Source of the DNA: Atractiella rhizophila
Taxonomy: Eukaryota
Length of the DNA stretch: 38,362 bases
Assembly (NCBI GenBank): GCA_021432655.1
Contig: MU271622.1
Span: forward strand, 1 to 38,362
Reading direction: 5' to 3'
A program made the translations under genes and the position numbers. The stretch's first letter is position 1; each line of letters begins with the position of its first letter. Below the pieces are notes generated by a model, which saw only the letters and a program-made list of their open reading frames with translations, had not been told where the DNA came from and made no database searches. Positions 12,693 through 24,101 of the stretch are shown here, in pieces.

Positions 12693-13890
12693 AAGCTGTA
12701 CCGTTGAATTATTACAGCAGACATCATGGTATGTGGCTCGCTGCCCCTCCCGATTTATTGCGAGCTCAGCCGATTATTTTCAGTGGAAATGCAATATTTA
12801 TTTCATTCTCCATGTCATGAAATGCATGAATGAACCTGCGTGAACTGACGGCGACTTGAAGAACCCCGTGCCCACTTCACCGCTACTTGACGCAGCAAAC
12901 GCGTTTGAGGAAGAGGTAATCTGATCACATCATGTTCGGACTCCATTTTTGTGACGACTTGTCTTGAGCCACACGACCCAGTCGTCACCGCTGCACGGTG
13001 GTGGAAGTTGTCGGAGACCAGTGATCACGCCGTCCGAGCTTGGAGGCTTGAGCTTTCCGCACCTGCACTTGTTGTCAGCATTCGCGGAGGACGGATAAAA
13101 GAAAGATCTCACAATGAAATGGCAGTGTTTGGAGTATGGAAGCAGGGATAACTTCGGTTCTGCGCTCAAGTCCACTGGTTTGCTCACATTCGGCGTCTTG
13201 CTTGTCAACAAAGGTTCGAGGGTCAAGATGTAGTTCGGATGATTCTCAAAAACAATCAGTGTTTTATTGTTGACTGCCCCTCCCCAGAGTATGAATGGTC
13301 GCTTCACAGTACCAGAATCAGACAGAATGCACTGGCTCTGAAGTAACAACAATGCTAATCCCACAAGTTGCACGGCTGAAGAGTACTACTTTTCAACAAC
13401 AAAAAACAAGAGACCCAGAGAAACGGTTATGGTGATCGACGTCACTTTTGAGAGTCCCGTATTTCGGGATTGCTCCCGTTATGAAACGAACTTGATGGTG
13501 GAGCGAAGTTGTGATATGTCCTGGCAAGAAAAGTTGCCCAAAGAGCTCGCTGCGACAACTTAAAGGTGTTTGCCTCAGGTGAAACCACAGCGACCCCTTT
13601 CAAGTATCTCAAAGGGAAGCTTGGGATTGGTAAACAGGGCAAGGTTTAGGGTTGTCACTCTTGAACCTAATATCTGCAGGTCAACTTCGCTCGAGCAACC
13701 GTCACATCAGGTTGGAGGCGCTCTTCACTTTGTCCATAAATTTCATCTCTCAACTCAACATCATCAGAATCATTGTCAGTACATTCGTTATCACTCGCCC
13801 AGGTCGCATTTTTCTCGTTTTCAGCTCAAATTCTGCGATCAAATCACCCATCTACTCCACACCTGTATTTTTGTCTTTCGCACCTCGAGG

Positions 13891-15953
13891 ATGGACGAGC
13901 ATTCGCCTTCCATGAACGACTACGTCAAAATTGAAAAGGTGGGAGAAGGTGCGTGTTTTTCCGCAGAGAATCACTCGGAGTACGGTGACTGAAAAAGTGA
14001 CGGTTGGCCGTAAAAAGGTACCTACGGAGTCGTGTACAAAGCGCGTCACACTCCATCAAACACCATAAGAGCGTTGAAGCGCATCAGATTCGATGATACG
14101 GAGGATGGAATTCCGGCGACTGCAATTCGAGAAATCAGCGTACTCAAGGAAATGACGGGCTTCAAGTGGAGGGAGGGGAGAGGAGCAGACTGCATCGTCA
14201 GGTTCGCTTCCTCTTCTTTTCATCTTAAATTCGGGTGGAACGACGTTCTGTGACGTGGACGAGGTGGTGTCGTCGATTTCTGAGTGTTCCTGATCTCTTT
14301 GTTGACGGACGTATCTTCGGTGTTCTCCACAGATTATACGAAGTCTTCCTGTCTGATTCACGGCTATACCTCTCATTCGAGTTCATGGACGTGGATCTAC
14401 ATCGTTACATTCATCATGTAGTTCAGAACCGATTACTGGAGGAAGAAGAGGAGGTTGAGAAGCAGCTCGCGATGGGACGGAACGTTCAGGATCGGAGTTG
14501 GAGCAGACCCAGAGCATTGGACTGGAGGCAGTCCACAGTAAGCCTTTCAGCTGCTTGGATTGCGAACTACTAACACAGGTGGTTCGTAGAAATTCCTTTG
14601 GCAGATTCTGACAGGCTTGGAGTTCTTGCACATGCGACGGATAATTCACAGGGATCTGAAGCCACAGAAGTCCGTCGCGCCTTTCTCAAGCCAAGATCGT
14701 CTCACTGACTTTAATGAGCGCAACAGCCTGTTGATAGACATGGATGGCAACCTAAAAATTGCAGATTTTGGCTTAGCGAGGTCTTTCGGAGTTCCCATGC
14801 ATTCCTACACACATGAGGTGAGGTTCCCTTTCATCTGTTGGCGCGTCACAGGAAGATAAGCATATTCTGTTTGGAGAGCTTTGGCTGACCTTCCAACCTT
14901 ATTCTCATCCAGGTCGTCACGTTGTGGTATCGAGCCCCGGAGATTCTCTTAGGCACCAAACATTATGGGACGGCGGTCGACATTTGGAGTGTAGGCGCAA
15001 TATGGGCGGAGATGATTACTGGTCAAGCCATTTTTCAAGGTGATTCCGAGATCGACCAAATTTTCAAAATCTTTAGGTCAGTCGCTCTTTCCGTCTCCAA
15101 ACTTATGCGTTGACGTGATGCGTCGTTTCCCTGCTTATCCTTCCGTTCCCCTCAATTACCGTTCCCACATTCACAATTCATCGCTTCGCCTCCTTCTAGA
15201 GTCTGGGGAACACCGACTCCTGAACAATGGCCCGCCCTCTCAATTATGCCCGACTATAAACCGAGCTTTCCCAAGTTCAAGGGCCTCGAGATTGAGGATT
15301 TGATGCCAGAGATGGATGACATTGCTGTGGATCTTTTCTACGTGAGACCTAACGCTCACGTTTGTACGAATAAGCTGACGCCTCGATACTCATAGTGGAT
15401 GATGCACTTTGACTCCCTTCGTCGTGCGACGGCCAAGAAAGCTCTCCGACATCGCATGTTCGCTCCTAGCTCTCGCACTCACGGCCAACAACCCTCTTCC
15501 TCTCCAATCTCTGAAGCTTCCACAGCCTCCAATTCCTCGATAGAGATGGAAACCGCAGAGGTCAACGTCTTTGGTGGTTACGCTTCAGACGATGTGAGGA
15601 CGAGCAGCAGCAGCAAAGGGAAGATGAGGGCATCTCCAAGTCGGATGTGTGAGGATATTCAGGTGGACTTCCAGGCGATGGACGAGGATGAAGATTCATC
15701 AATGTTTGAGGAAGAGGAGGACGCAACCATGGCTTCTCCTACGATGCATCATCGCGTATCCAGAGCTTCGTCGACTAGCCTCTTTGCTCAAGCTCGGAAT
15801 ACTTCCATACCAAACAAACCACCGTTACCCACCAAAGCATACGGAATGGCGCGTTCTGCTGTCAGATCTCCCATTCCTCATCACAACACCTCCTCACCTT
15901 CAATATCGCGCCAATCTTCCAACAGCGGGTTGATGGCATCTCCAGTGATATGA
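13891..15953 (+). CDS. Cyclin-dependent kinase, CDK1/Cdc2-like paralog with PATAIRE helix, kinase insert and long C-terminal tail
   Basis: [90 protein letters not shown]. Confidence 0.92.
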
Positions 15954-16788
15954 CAAATTTGATGACGACGAAAGAAGCAGCAATAGTAGTAGAACCCGTG
16001 TGCTAGTTTTCATTATTGATTGTTATTGTATGAAGGAGCGGTGCGAACGACGACCGAGCAGGGAGCAGCGAAGGAGCTAGATACTTCGATTCAGTCCATG
16101 GTCTTACACTTTCACTTTATCTTCCATTCCGTTTCTCAAAAGTACCTTCACTTCATCGTCTTCGTCTTAGCTCTCCTTTAACTCTCCTCTCATAATCATG
16201 GATCGAATAGAATATCGAGTGCTCATATACCCAAAACCCGGCTCAGGATATATACCCTTTGGATGCGACTGATCTTCAACCACTTTTGTTTCGTTTTTCA
16301 TTCTTCAGTCTTCGCATTTCTTTTCAGCAGTCGAATCCAAAACCCCCAGCCCCCTTCGCCTTCCTCTTACGACATTCTCTATCCGTCCCTTTTCTCTATC
16401 TCTTCTCTCTCACAAACATGTTTAGTCTTTAGACAGAATCGCGTTTCGGTTGAGTTTTGAAGTGTTGTGTGTGGTCTTCTGCTCGTTCGAATTCAAACAA
16501 GGATAAGTCTGTTCTCGATTTCATTAGGAGGTGGTGATTGGACATTTTCGTCTCAGTGCCAATCAATGCTGTTCAACGTAAATATTACTTTACTCCATCA
16601 CGTTAGTCTTGTTGAAACCAACGTTCAAACAAAAAAATAATGGAGCCTCAAAAGAGACTCAGAGCCTATAATCAAGGACGTACGACCGAAACAGAATTCG
16701 GATCTCAGAAGGAGTCGAGGCTGGGCATGTGAAGTCCTAAAACGCGACCCGAGCGAGATGGAAAGAACGGTATCCGAACTGACTACCG

Positions 16789-19700
16789 TCAGTCTACGAG
16801 GGAATACGTTTTGACCCGTGAAAAGTAAAATGGCCGCATGTGCTTGAGAGGAATATCTGCGAGCTCGTGCGTTCGACGATTCTCCGTCTGGATGTTTTCC
16901 AGTTCAAGCTTATTCCTGTCACCATTGCATTTCGGACGTCAGTTCTTCTCTGCAAGAGCTGGGCGGTCACGACGTACATCTTTCCGCGTTGTGTGCTGCT
17001 GAGTCGACCTGACATTCGGAAAGTGTATTTCGAGTTCTGGTTGCCTGGATCCGCCAAGTCGTAACACTCCCAACGATCTCCTTGCAGACGCCACCTGCCC
17101 GTCGAGGTTCCTTGTATCTTCAGGCTTGGGTTCAGTTTCCGTACGATAGTTTGAGGGTCTTCGGTCGTTAAACAGGTCACGACTACACCATTCGGTAGAA
17201 ACCGAAAATATCGAAAGAAAGTGACGACCTAGTGCATGTTGACCTTAGGATCCACTGAAGTAACGGAAAACGTACGAGTGTTGGCGACACCCAGGCATTC
17301 TCCGATGAACCTTTGCGAAAATAAGTAATAACAGCGATGAAACAACCATCCGTTCGTAATCGCGGCTGTTCGATGTACATCCGCCGCCAGTCGTTACCGT
17401 GTTGCTCAACAAGGTCTTTTGGCGACTCCAGTATAGATATTTGAGGTGGCACGTAGACTTGCTCGCAGAGATTCCTGAGAGACAGCACGCGTTTGGCAAA
17501 GGAGAGGGATTGGTAAGGGGCTCACTTCCAAATCATAGTCTCTAACGTCAGGAGCCTGGCCCATCGTGAGACACTGCCAAATCTCTCAAGAGCCTGGACG
17601 TCATAAACTCCCTCTGCTGTAGCCCGCTCCAAACCTGCGCCGTGACCGCAGACTAAATGGGTGAAAATAAGGATAAGAATATCCGCTGGTAGTAGTCTAA
17701 GGCGGAGCGGTAGTTCTTCGTCTCTTGGATGGAACTTATAGATATATGATAGGTCTTCCTGTAGTTTCTTCACAGTCACAGTGGGACCATCCTTCACAGT
17801 TCCGTCTTGTCGCTCTAAAGTTTCGGGTTCTGGTGGAGGAGGATATGGATTGACGCTGAATGACCGCATAAGACGCTCAGTAAGTCCTTGTGTAGAACTT
17901 GGATGCGCAAGTGCTTGCTCAGACGATTTAGAGGAATATTCTGGTCCTAAGTGTATCGTGCGGGAGAAATGAAAGTCGTCATCCTTGGACTGTTCGCTAG
18001 GTGGAGGTCGTTTTGAAAGTGCAGATGTGTCGTAAGCGCGGTCAACATCTTCGTCCAACTGTGAAGACAAATTACGATAGCTTGGTGAAATGGAACAAAA
18101 GATAACAAACCTTGAACGCCTTCCTATAGAATGCGAGTGCTAAAAAACAAGAATCAAGTTAGTATATCAGAGAGCTGTGCAACAGATGTGGCAGAGAGTG
18201 GATCAAACTTGGATGAATGACAGACTTAACGAGAGCCTATGCCTCGTTCACGAGCATTGGGCTCATTGCAAAGTGTACGTAAAATGCGCACACTAAGGGC
18301 ATCACAATGGACAGCCTCCTGCCACAATACCACCTTGCGTATTGATTTTATTCCAGACAACCAAAAAGAATAATCTGGTCGTCCGAGAAGTTTCCTCCCG
18401 AATGATTGTGACAATAAAGAAGAATACAAGATTGCAGTTAGTCGTTTATTCTTGTATTATAGGTACTGGCTTGCTCGGCCCAGAGGGTTATGCATATTGC
18501 ATGACCTGGCAAAATGGGTATTTTTCTGAGTCAATCTGACCTGCGTCTGGTAATTCGCCGGTGTTTGATAATGCACATCTCGACAATATTTCGCGAGTAA
18601 ATCAACACTTGTTTGTGTGACCTAAAGATTGTCTGGCGCTTGTGAATTTGATTCAATATTTCCTGACCTACACGCCTGCCGCCTGCTGGGGATATAGCCC
18701 CAAGTAGCCTTGCTGTCATAGCTCTCTCACGCAGCTTTCTACGACAATAATCAATGTCCAAGGATGTGAATATGCCTCATAGAGACCCCAGGCATGAGTC
18801 CACTTCTGTTATCAAGATGGGCTGAGTAAGCCGTTTGGATGCGAAGCCAGAAAATCTCCCAAGCACAACAAGGGGACGTACGCACCTTCATTGAGCCTCC
18901 CCTGCCTTTCGAACTCAACCGCTTCAGCATAAATCTCTACTGCATTCTCACTTTCCAGAATCCTCTCTTTCTCTCTCTCCCTCCTTTCTTTCTCCTCATC
19001 GACGGCTACTTCCACACTTGGCTGTTTCCCATGTTTCACTCGAGACACTGGCTGCTCCGCGGACCTCTTCCTTTGGTGACAGTTTCCGTACGATAGTTTG
19101 AGGGTCTTCGGTCGTTAAACAGGTCACGACTACACCATTCGGTAGAAACCGAAAATATCGAAAGAAAGTGACGACCTAGTGCATGTTGACCTTAGGATCC
19201 ACTGAAGTAACGGAAAACGTACGAGTGTTGGCGACACCCAGGCATTTTCCGATGAACCTTTGCGAAAATAGGTAATAACAGCGATGAAACAGCCATCCGT
19301 TCGTAATCGCGGCTGTTCGATGTACATCCGCCGCCAGTCGTTACCGTGTTGCTCAACAAGGTCTTTTGGCGACTCCAGTATAGATATTTGAGGTGGCACG
19401 TAGACTTGCTCGCAGAGATTCCTGAGAGACATGACACGTTCGGCAAAGAAGAGGGAATGGTAAGGAGCTCACTTCCAAATCATAGTCTCTAACGTCAGGA
19501 GCCTGGCCCACCGTGAGACACTGCCAAATCTCTCAAGAGCCTGGACGTCATAAACTCCCTCTGCTGTAGCCCGCTCCAAACCTGCCCCGTGACCGCAGAC
19601 TAAATGGGTGAAAATAAGGATAAGAATATCCGCTGGTAGTAGTCTAAGGCGGAGTGGTAGTTCTTCGTCTCTTGGATGGAACTTATAGATATATGATAGG

Positions 19701-21160
19701 TCTTCCTGTAGTTTCTTTACAGTCACAGTGGGACCATCCTTCACAGTTCCGTCTTGTCGCTCTAAAGTTTCGGGTTCTGGTGGAGGAGGATATGGATTGA
19801 CGCTGAATGACCGCATAAGACGCTCAGTAAGTCCTTGTGTAGAACTTGGATGCGCAAGTGCTTGCTCAGACGATTTAGAGGAATATTCTGGTCCTAAGTG
19901 TATCGTGCGCGAGAAATGAAAGTCATCGTCCTTGGACTGTTCGTTAGGTGGAGGTCGTTTTGAAAGTGCAGATGTGTCGTAAGCGCGGTCAACATCTTCG
20001 TCCAACTGTGAAGACAAATTACGATAGCTTGGTGAAATGGAACAAAGGATAACAAACCTTGAACGCCTTCCTATAGAATGCGAGTGCTAAAAAACAAGAA
20101 TCAAGTTAGTATATCAGAGAGCTGTGCAACAGATGTGGCAGAGAGTGGATCAAACTTGGATGAATGACAGACTTAACGAGAGCCTATGCCTCGTTCACGA
20201 GCATTGGGCTCATTGCAAAGTGTACGTAAAATGCGCACACTAAGGGCATCACAATGGACAGCCTCCTGCCACAATACCACCTTGCGTATTGATTTTATTC
20301 CAGACAACCAAAAAGAATAATCTGGTCGTCCGAGAAGTTTCCTCCCGAATGATTGTGACAATAAAGAAGAATACAAGATTGCAGTTAGTCGTTTATTCTT
20401 GTATTATAGGTACTGGCTTGCTCGGCCCAGAGGGTTATGCATATTGCATGACCTGGCAAAATGGGTATTTTTCTGAGTCAATCTGACCTGCGTCTGGTAA
20501 TTCGCCGGTGTTTGATAATGCACATCTCGACAATATTTCGCGAGTAAATCAACACTTGTTTGTGTGACCTAAAGATTGTCTGGCGCTTGTGAATTTGATT
20601 CAATATTTCCTGACCTACACGCCTGCCGCCTGCTGGGGATATAGCCCCAAGTAGCCTTGCTGTCATAGCTCTCTCACGCAGCTTTCTACGACAATAATCA
20701 ATGTCCAAGGATGTGAATATGCCTCATAGAGACCCCAGGCATGAGTCCACTTCTGTTATCAAGATGGGCTGAGTAAGCCGTTTGGATGCGAAGCCAGAAA
20801 ATCTCCCAAGCGGAACAAGAGGATGTACGCACCTTCGTTGAGCCTCCCCTGCCTTTCGAACTCAACCGCTTCAGCATAAATCTCTACTGCATTCTCACTT
20901 TCCAGAATCCTCTCTTTCTCTCTCTCCCTCCTTTCTTTCTCCTCATCGACGGCTACTTCCACACTTGGCTGTTTCCCATGTTTCACTCGAGACACTGGCT
21001 GCTCCGCGGACCTCTTCCTTTGGTGCAGCGACTTGGCCACAGCCTTCGACGTGGATGACGATGCTTCAGCCTTCGATGACACCTCTATTTTCCAGTCTTC
21101 TCGGAATTGGGCAAGTTCAGCATCTAGTGCCATTTGTTGAGGGGGAACTGGGTTGGACAT
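16789..21160 (-). CDS. F-box protein Hrt3/FBXO9-like; interrupted in this assembly by a 1946-bp internal tandem duplication
   Basis: ELAQFREDWKIEV, YAEAVEFERQGRLNE/ALAFYRKAFK/LDEDVDRAY, F-box LRLLPADILILIF, WRRMYIEQPRLRTDGCFIAVITYFRKG..ENAW, C-terminal FYFSRVKTY. Removing one repeat copy gives an intact gene. Confidence 0.88.
17133..21025. repeat. 1946-bp tandem direct duplication (17133-19078 and 19080-21025), about 99% identical, single A at the junction (19079)
   Basis: ORF pairs offset by exactly 1947 nt (e.g. 17522/19469); junction ...ctttggtg-A-cagtttccg...; scattered SNPs between copies. Confidence 0.96.
20120..20760 (-). ncRNA. Candidate intron-encoded large structured RNA with telomerase-RNA-like core (duplicate at ~18173-18813)
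   Basis: Lies in a 746-nt intron (20087-20832). Many hairpins with G-U pairs on the minus strand, an H-type pseudoknot at 20289-20325, a 13-bp enclosing helix 20456-20469/20273-20285, and no SNPs seen between the two copies. Confidence 0.55.
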
Positions 21161-22125
21161 CTCGTGAGGGTTTGCTGGCGACAGCGAGCTGTTATAACCG
21201 AGTTGGACTCGAGTCGTCGAGGAAGATGTTGCAATTTTTCCGAATTTTGCGAACTTCGATAAGGCTTACTGCGCCGTAACAAAGTCCGACGTCCATCTCC
21301 CAGGAGCTCTTCAAATCACACACCATCGAATTGCAGTCATGACCATCTCTCTTCAAAGGGATAGTAGATTATTGGGTGACAGTGCATGATGGAAAATTGA
21401 AGGAAAGAGAATGTTTTCGAATCGCATTCAAAGTGTGTTTTCTTTTGCAGTCGTTATCGTTATTCTGTTTCTCCTTTTACGTCGGGTTGAAATATATGCC
21501 CCAGTGAGGAAAAAATAATAAAGTAGAGGACTTCACAGGCGTAGATCTGCTTGGTTTGGTTGCATGTCAGGAGTATGATAATCAAGCCAACGATCCGAGC
21601 ACCGATTCAAGTTTCCTGTCCTAATTCTCGTCCTGCCTCCTTTGCGCTTGCTCTGCACTACACTTTTGACAACCCTGACTTCGTTTGATTGTGAGGCACG
21701 TAAACACGCATGCTTTTCCCCTCGATAATCTATTAACCACAACAGACAAGCCCTTCCGTACTGGAGCGTGATATTTTTAGTCTCAACTTGCATAAGATCC
21801 TGCCTTTGGAAACTCTCGGGATGTAAGGGAAAAAAGGTAGTTTTCCATGGGGGTATGGCTAGAGGAAACCCGAAGAAAATCACTTTAGACATGCCGCTGC
21901 CGCAAATCTCAATAAGTTACGCGTCGCCCTTTCCCGCGAAGCAACAAGTTGAATATTCATACATTGTATACGTTTCTGAATTTCCTGTGAATCACAAATA
22001 CTATGGCTCCTTTCCGAGTGTCCTTGGTTGTTGCAGAAACGCTGCTCCGCTTTCATTTCCCAACCTTGCCAGGTTGGGGCATGTACTCAGTGTATCGTAA
22101 GGAGGTGTATGTAGCAAAGGCAGAA

Positions 22126-22133
22126 TATAAAAG
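22126..22133 (+). promoter_or_regulatory. TATA box of small secreted protein copy 2
   Basis: TATAAAAG about 85 nt upstream of ATG 22212; the paralog has a similarly placed motif. Confidence 0.6.
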
Positions 22134-22211
22134 CGCTACTTCGTGGCAGCTAAAGATTTCAACCAAGAACATCTAATCCTCACCTTCATCCAGACAGCAA
22201 GCGAAGAAATC

Positions 22212-22621
22212 ATGAAATTCAGCGCTATCGCCCTCACGCTCCTCTCTGCTACTCTCGCCACGGCCAAACTCGAAATCAGTGAGTTGTTCTCATACATTTA
22301 CGTAGCAGCGATCTGATAGCACTGTAGCTTGGTGGACCGGAAATGATTGTGACCAAGGAACCTACTTGGGCACCACCGTTGTCGAAGGTCTACCTTTCTT
22401 TCAATTGCATGATCACAAACTGACTATTCTCTCAAGGCCAATGTGCGACCATCCCCAACGGCGCTAAGTGGGGACACACTTATACCAACTCAGCTACGAA
22501 GAGCATGAACTTCTTTCGAAGTGGCGATTGCAGCGGAAACGCGCTCTGGCAAGCTACGGTTGGATCCACCGTTCATTGTGTGGGAACGAGGTCTGACTTC
22601 AAGACTGTTTTTGGATGGTGA
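22212..22621 (+). CDS. Small secreted 4-Cys protein (~104 aa), 3 exons, copy 2
   Basis: Spliced: MKFSAIALTLLSATLATAKLEI/TWWTGNDCDQGTYLGTTVVE/GQCATIPNGAKWGHTYTNSATKSMNFFRSGDCSGNALWQATVGSTVHCVGTRSDFKTVFGW*. Confidence 0.88.
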
Positions 22622-22958
22622 ATGGTGTCGGATGAAGTATTGCAAAGCTCGGGCAATCTCATGTTTGGATAACGGTGCCGTGAAATGTGATAGCTCTCAG
22701 CTCAGTTTACTCCGTTTCAATAAGTTGGCTCAAGGCCTCCATGTTTGCAAGGCGTGTATACCCCTGTGTTGTGGTAACTGGCTTGACCTGGTTGTACAAA
22801 TCTGTCGTTGAAGTGACATAGTGAACTTTGTTACAACGTTTGCTGCGTCTCAACAACAGCAAGTAACTTTATCTCAATAGCTTTCATCATTTTACCTCGA
22901 TCACGACGACGATTTGCAACGCTCTGCCGACATTTAAATTCGTAATAGACCATAGAGT

Positions 22959-23840
22959 ATGTCTCCAGAGATCAAAGAAAAACGTGTCTACCTATACAGG
23001 TAAGCTACAGTCCTTACCATCTGCTGGGTTCTCAGATCATAACCTGTTTCTGGTGATTGTTCAGGCATGGGCAAGCCCAACACAACCTTCCCCAATACAC
23101 GTTTGAAGTAGCCCAATCCTTTCCCGACCCTCCACTCACGCCACTTGGAGTCACACAGACAACCTCGATCCCCAATGCGCCGATCGGTCGCTATCTCAAC
23201 TCGTCAAAGTCATCTTCCATCCTCCTCCTGTCTTCCCCTCTGCGGCGTACAATCCAAACGACTTTGAACGGGCTCACACCGCTCAAAGAACACATCGAAT
23301 CACTTCCGAAATCGAATCAAAAAGGCGTCGTGCTCCTCCCTCAAGCTCATGAGTCTGGTCCAAATCCCTGCGACACTGGATCTCCCCTCTCAACTCTCCT
23401 AGATGGTGAAGGCTTTGAATTCTCTTCTGTCAAGGGTTTGGATTGGAGTGAGGTTGAGAAGGTTGAGCCAGAGTGGAGAAGCAAACAGGGGTTCTGGAGC
23501 CCCCATTTTGACGATCTGAAGAAGCGCGCTGCTTGGGTTAGGAGGTATATTAGAGGAAGGAGCGAGAGAGAAGTCGTGCTTGTGGCGCACAATGGTATCT
23601 TGGACTTTATCAGTCGTGGTGAACATAGGGAAGGAGTAGAGGTGCGTTTTTGCTGTGCTACTTATGTAGTGAAGTGTCAATTAATGGGTCGTACCTCTTT
23701 GACTCCAGACTTGGCCAAATGCGGAGGTTAGGGTGTTTAAATTCAAGGAAGGTGATGGCAGCGACGATGAATGGGCATTTTTGGAGAGGATCCCGGATGA
23801 GACGGTGTTAGAAGAGCTCAAGTTGGATGTCAAGCTTTAA
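22959..23840 (+). CDS. Histidine phosphatase superfamily (phosphoglycerate mutase-like) protein, 3 exons
   Basis: VYLYR/HGQAQHN (RHG), DPPLTPLG, SSPLRRTIQT, PCDTGS, VLVAHNG, WPNAEVR; stop TAA 23838-23840. Confidence 0.9.
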
Positions 23841-24101
23841 CTTGGATTATTCAATGACAACATGCGAAATAGATTTTAGCTTGTGCATAAAATGAATTTA
23901 CTTCTTGTGTGTATTTCTTGGGCCAGGCAGCAACAAACAAATGGATGGTGTCCCATCAGAAGAGGAGACGGACAGACGAGTCCCAACGCGTAGCCAGGAC
24001 GTCATGAATACATGTGCATTTCGTGAAACTAAGTTTCAACTTCTTGTGGAGAATCACTAAACGGTGAATTTCAAGCATACAAGGCTGAGCCAGTTCTAGT
24101 A

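Noticed and set aside
12930..13373. 147-aa minus ORF with a signal-peptide-like start
   Set aside because: Begins at GTG just after an in-frame stop; no ATG or convincing upstream exon found, and no family motif.
20180..20211. Hairpin GAGCCCAAUGCUCGUGAACGAGGCAUAGGCUC (minus strand) resembling group II intron domain V, in an intron starting GUGCG
   Set aside because: Stem and bulge geometry differ from DV, no short DVI ending in AY follows, the intron has a spliceosomal TACTAAC..TAG end, and GTGCGT is a common donor in this genome.
20173..20708. Short ORFs inside the long intron (65-76 aa, both strands; duplicated at 18226-18761)
   Set aside because: Short, no recognisable motifs; the flanking exons join in frame without them.
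20087..20832. RNase P/MRP, snR30/U17, U-snRNA or TPP riboswitch identity for the long intron
   Set aside because: I could not find their hallmark motifs (paired CR-I/CR-V, m1/m2, Sm-class snRNA 5' motifs, CUGAGA aptamer core) in the right order.
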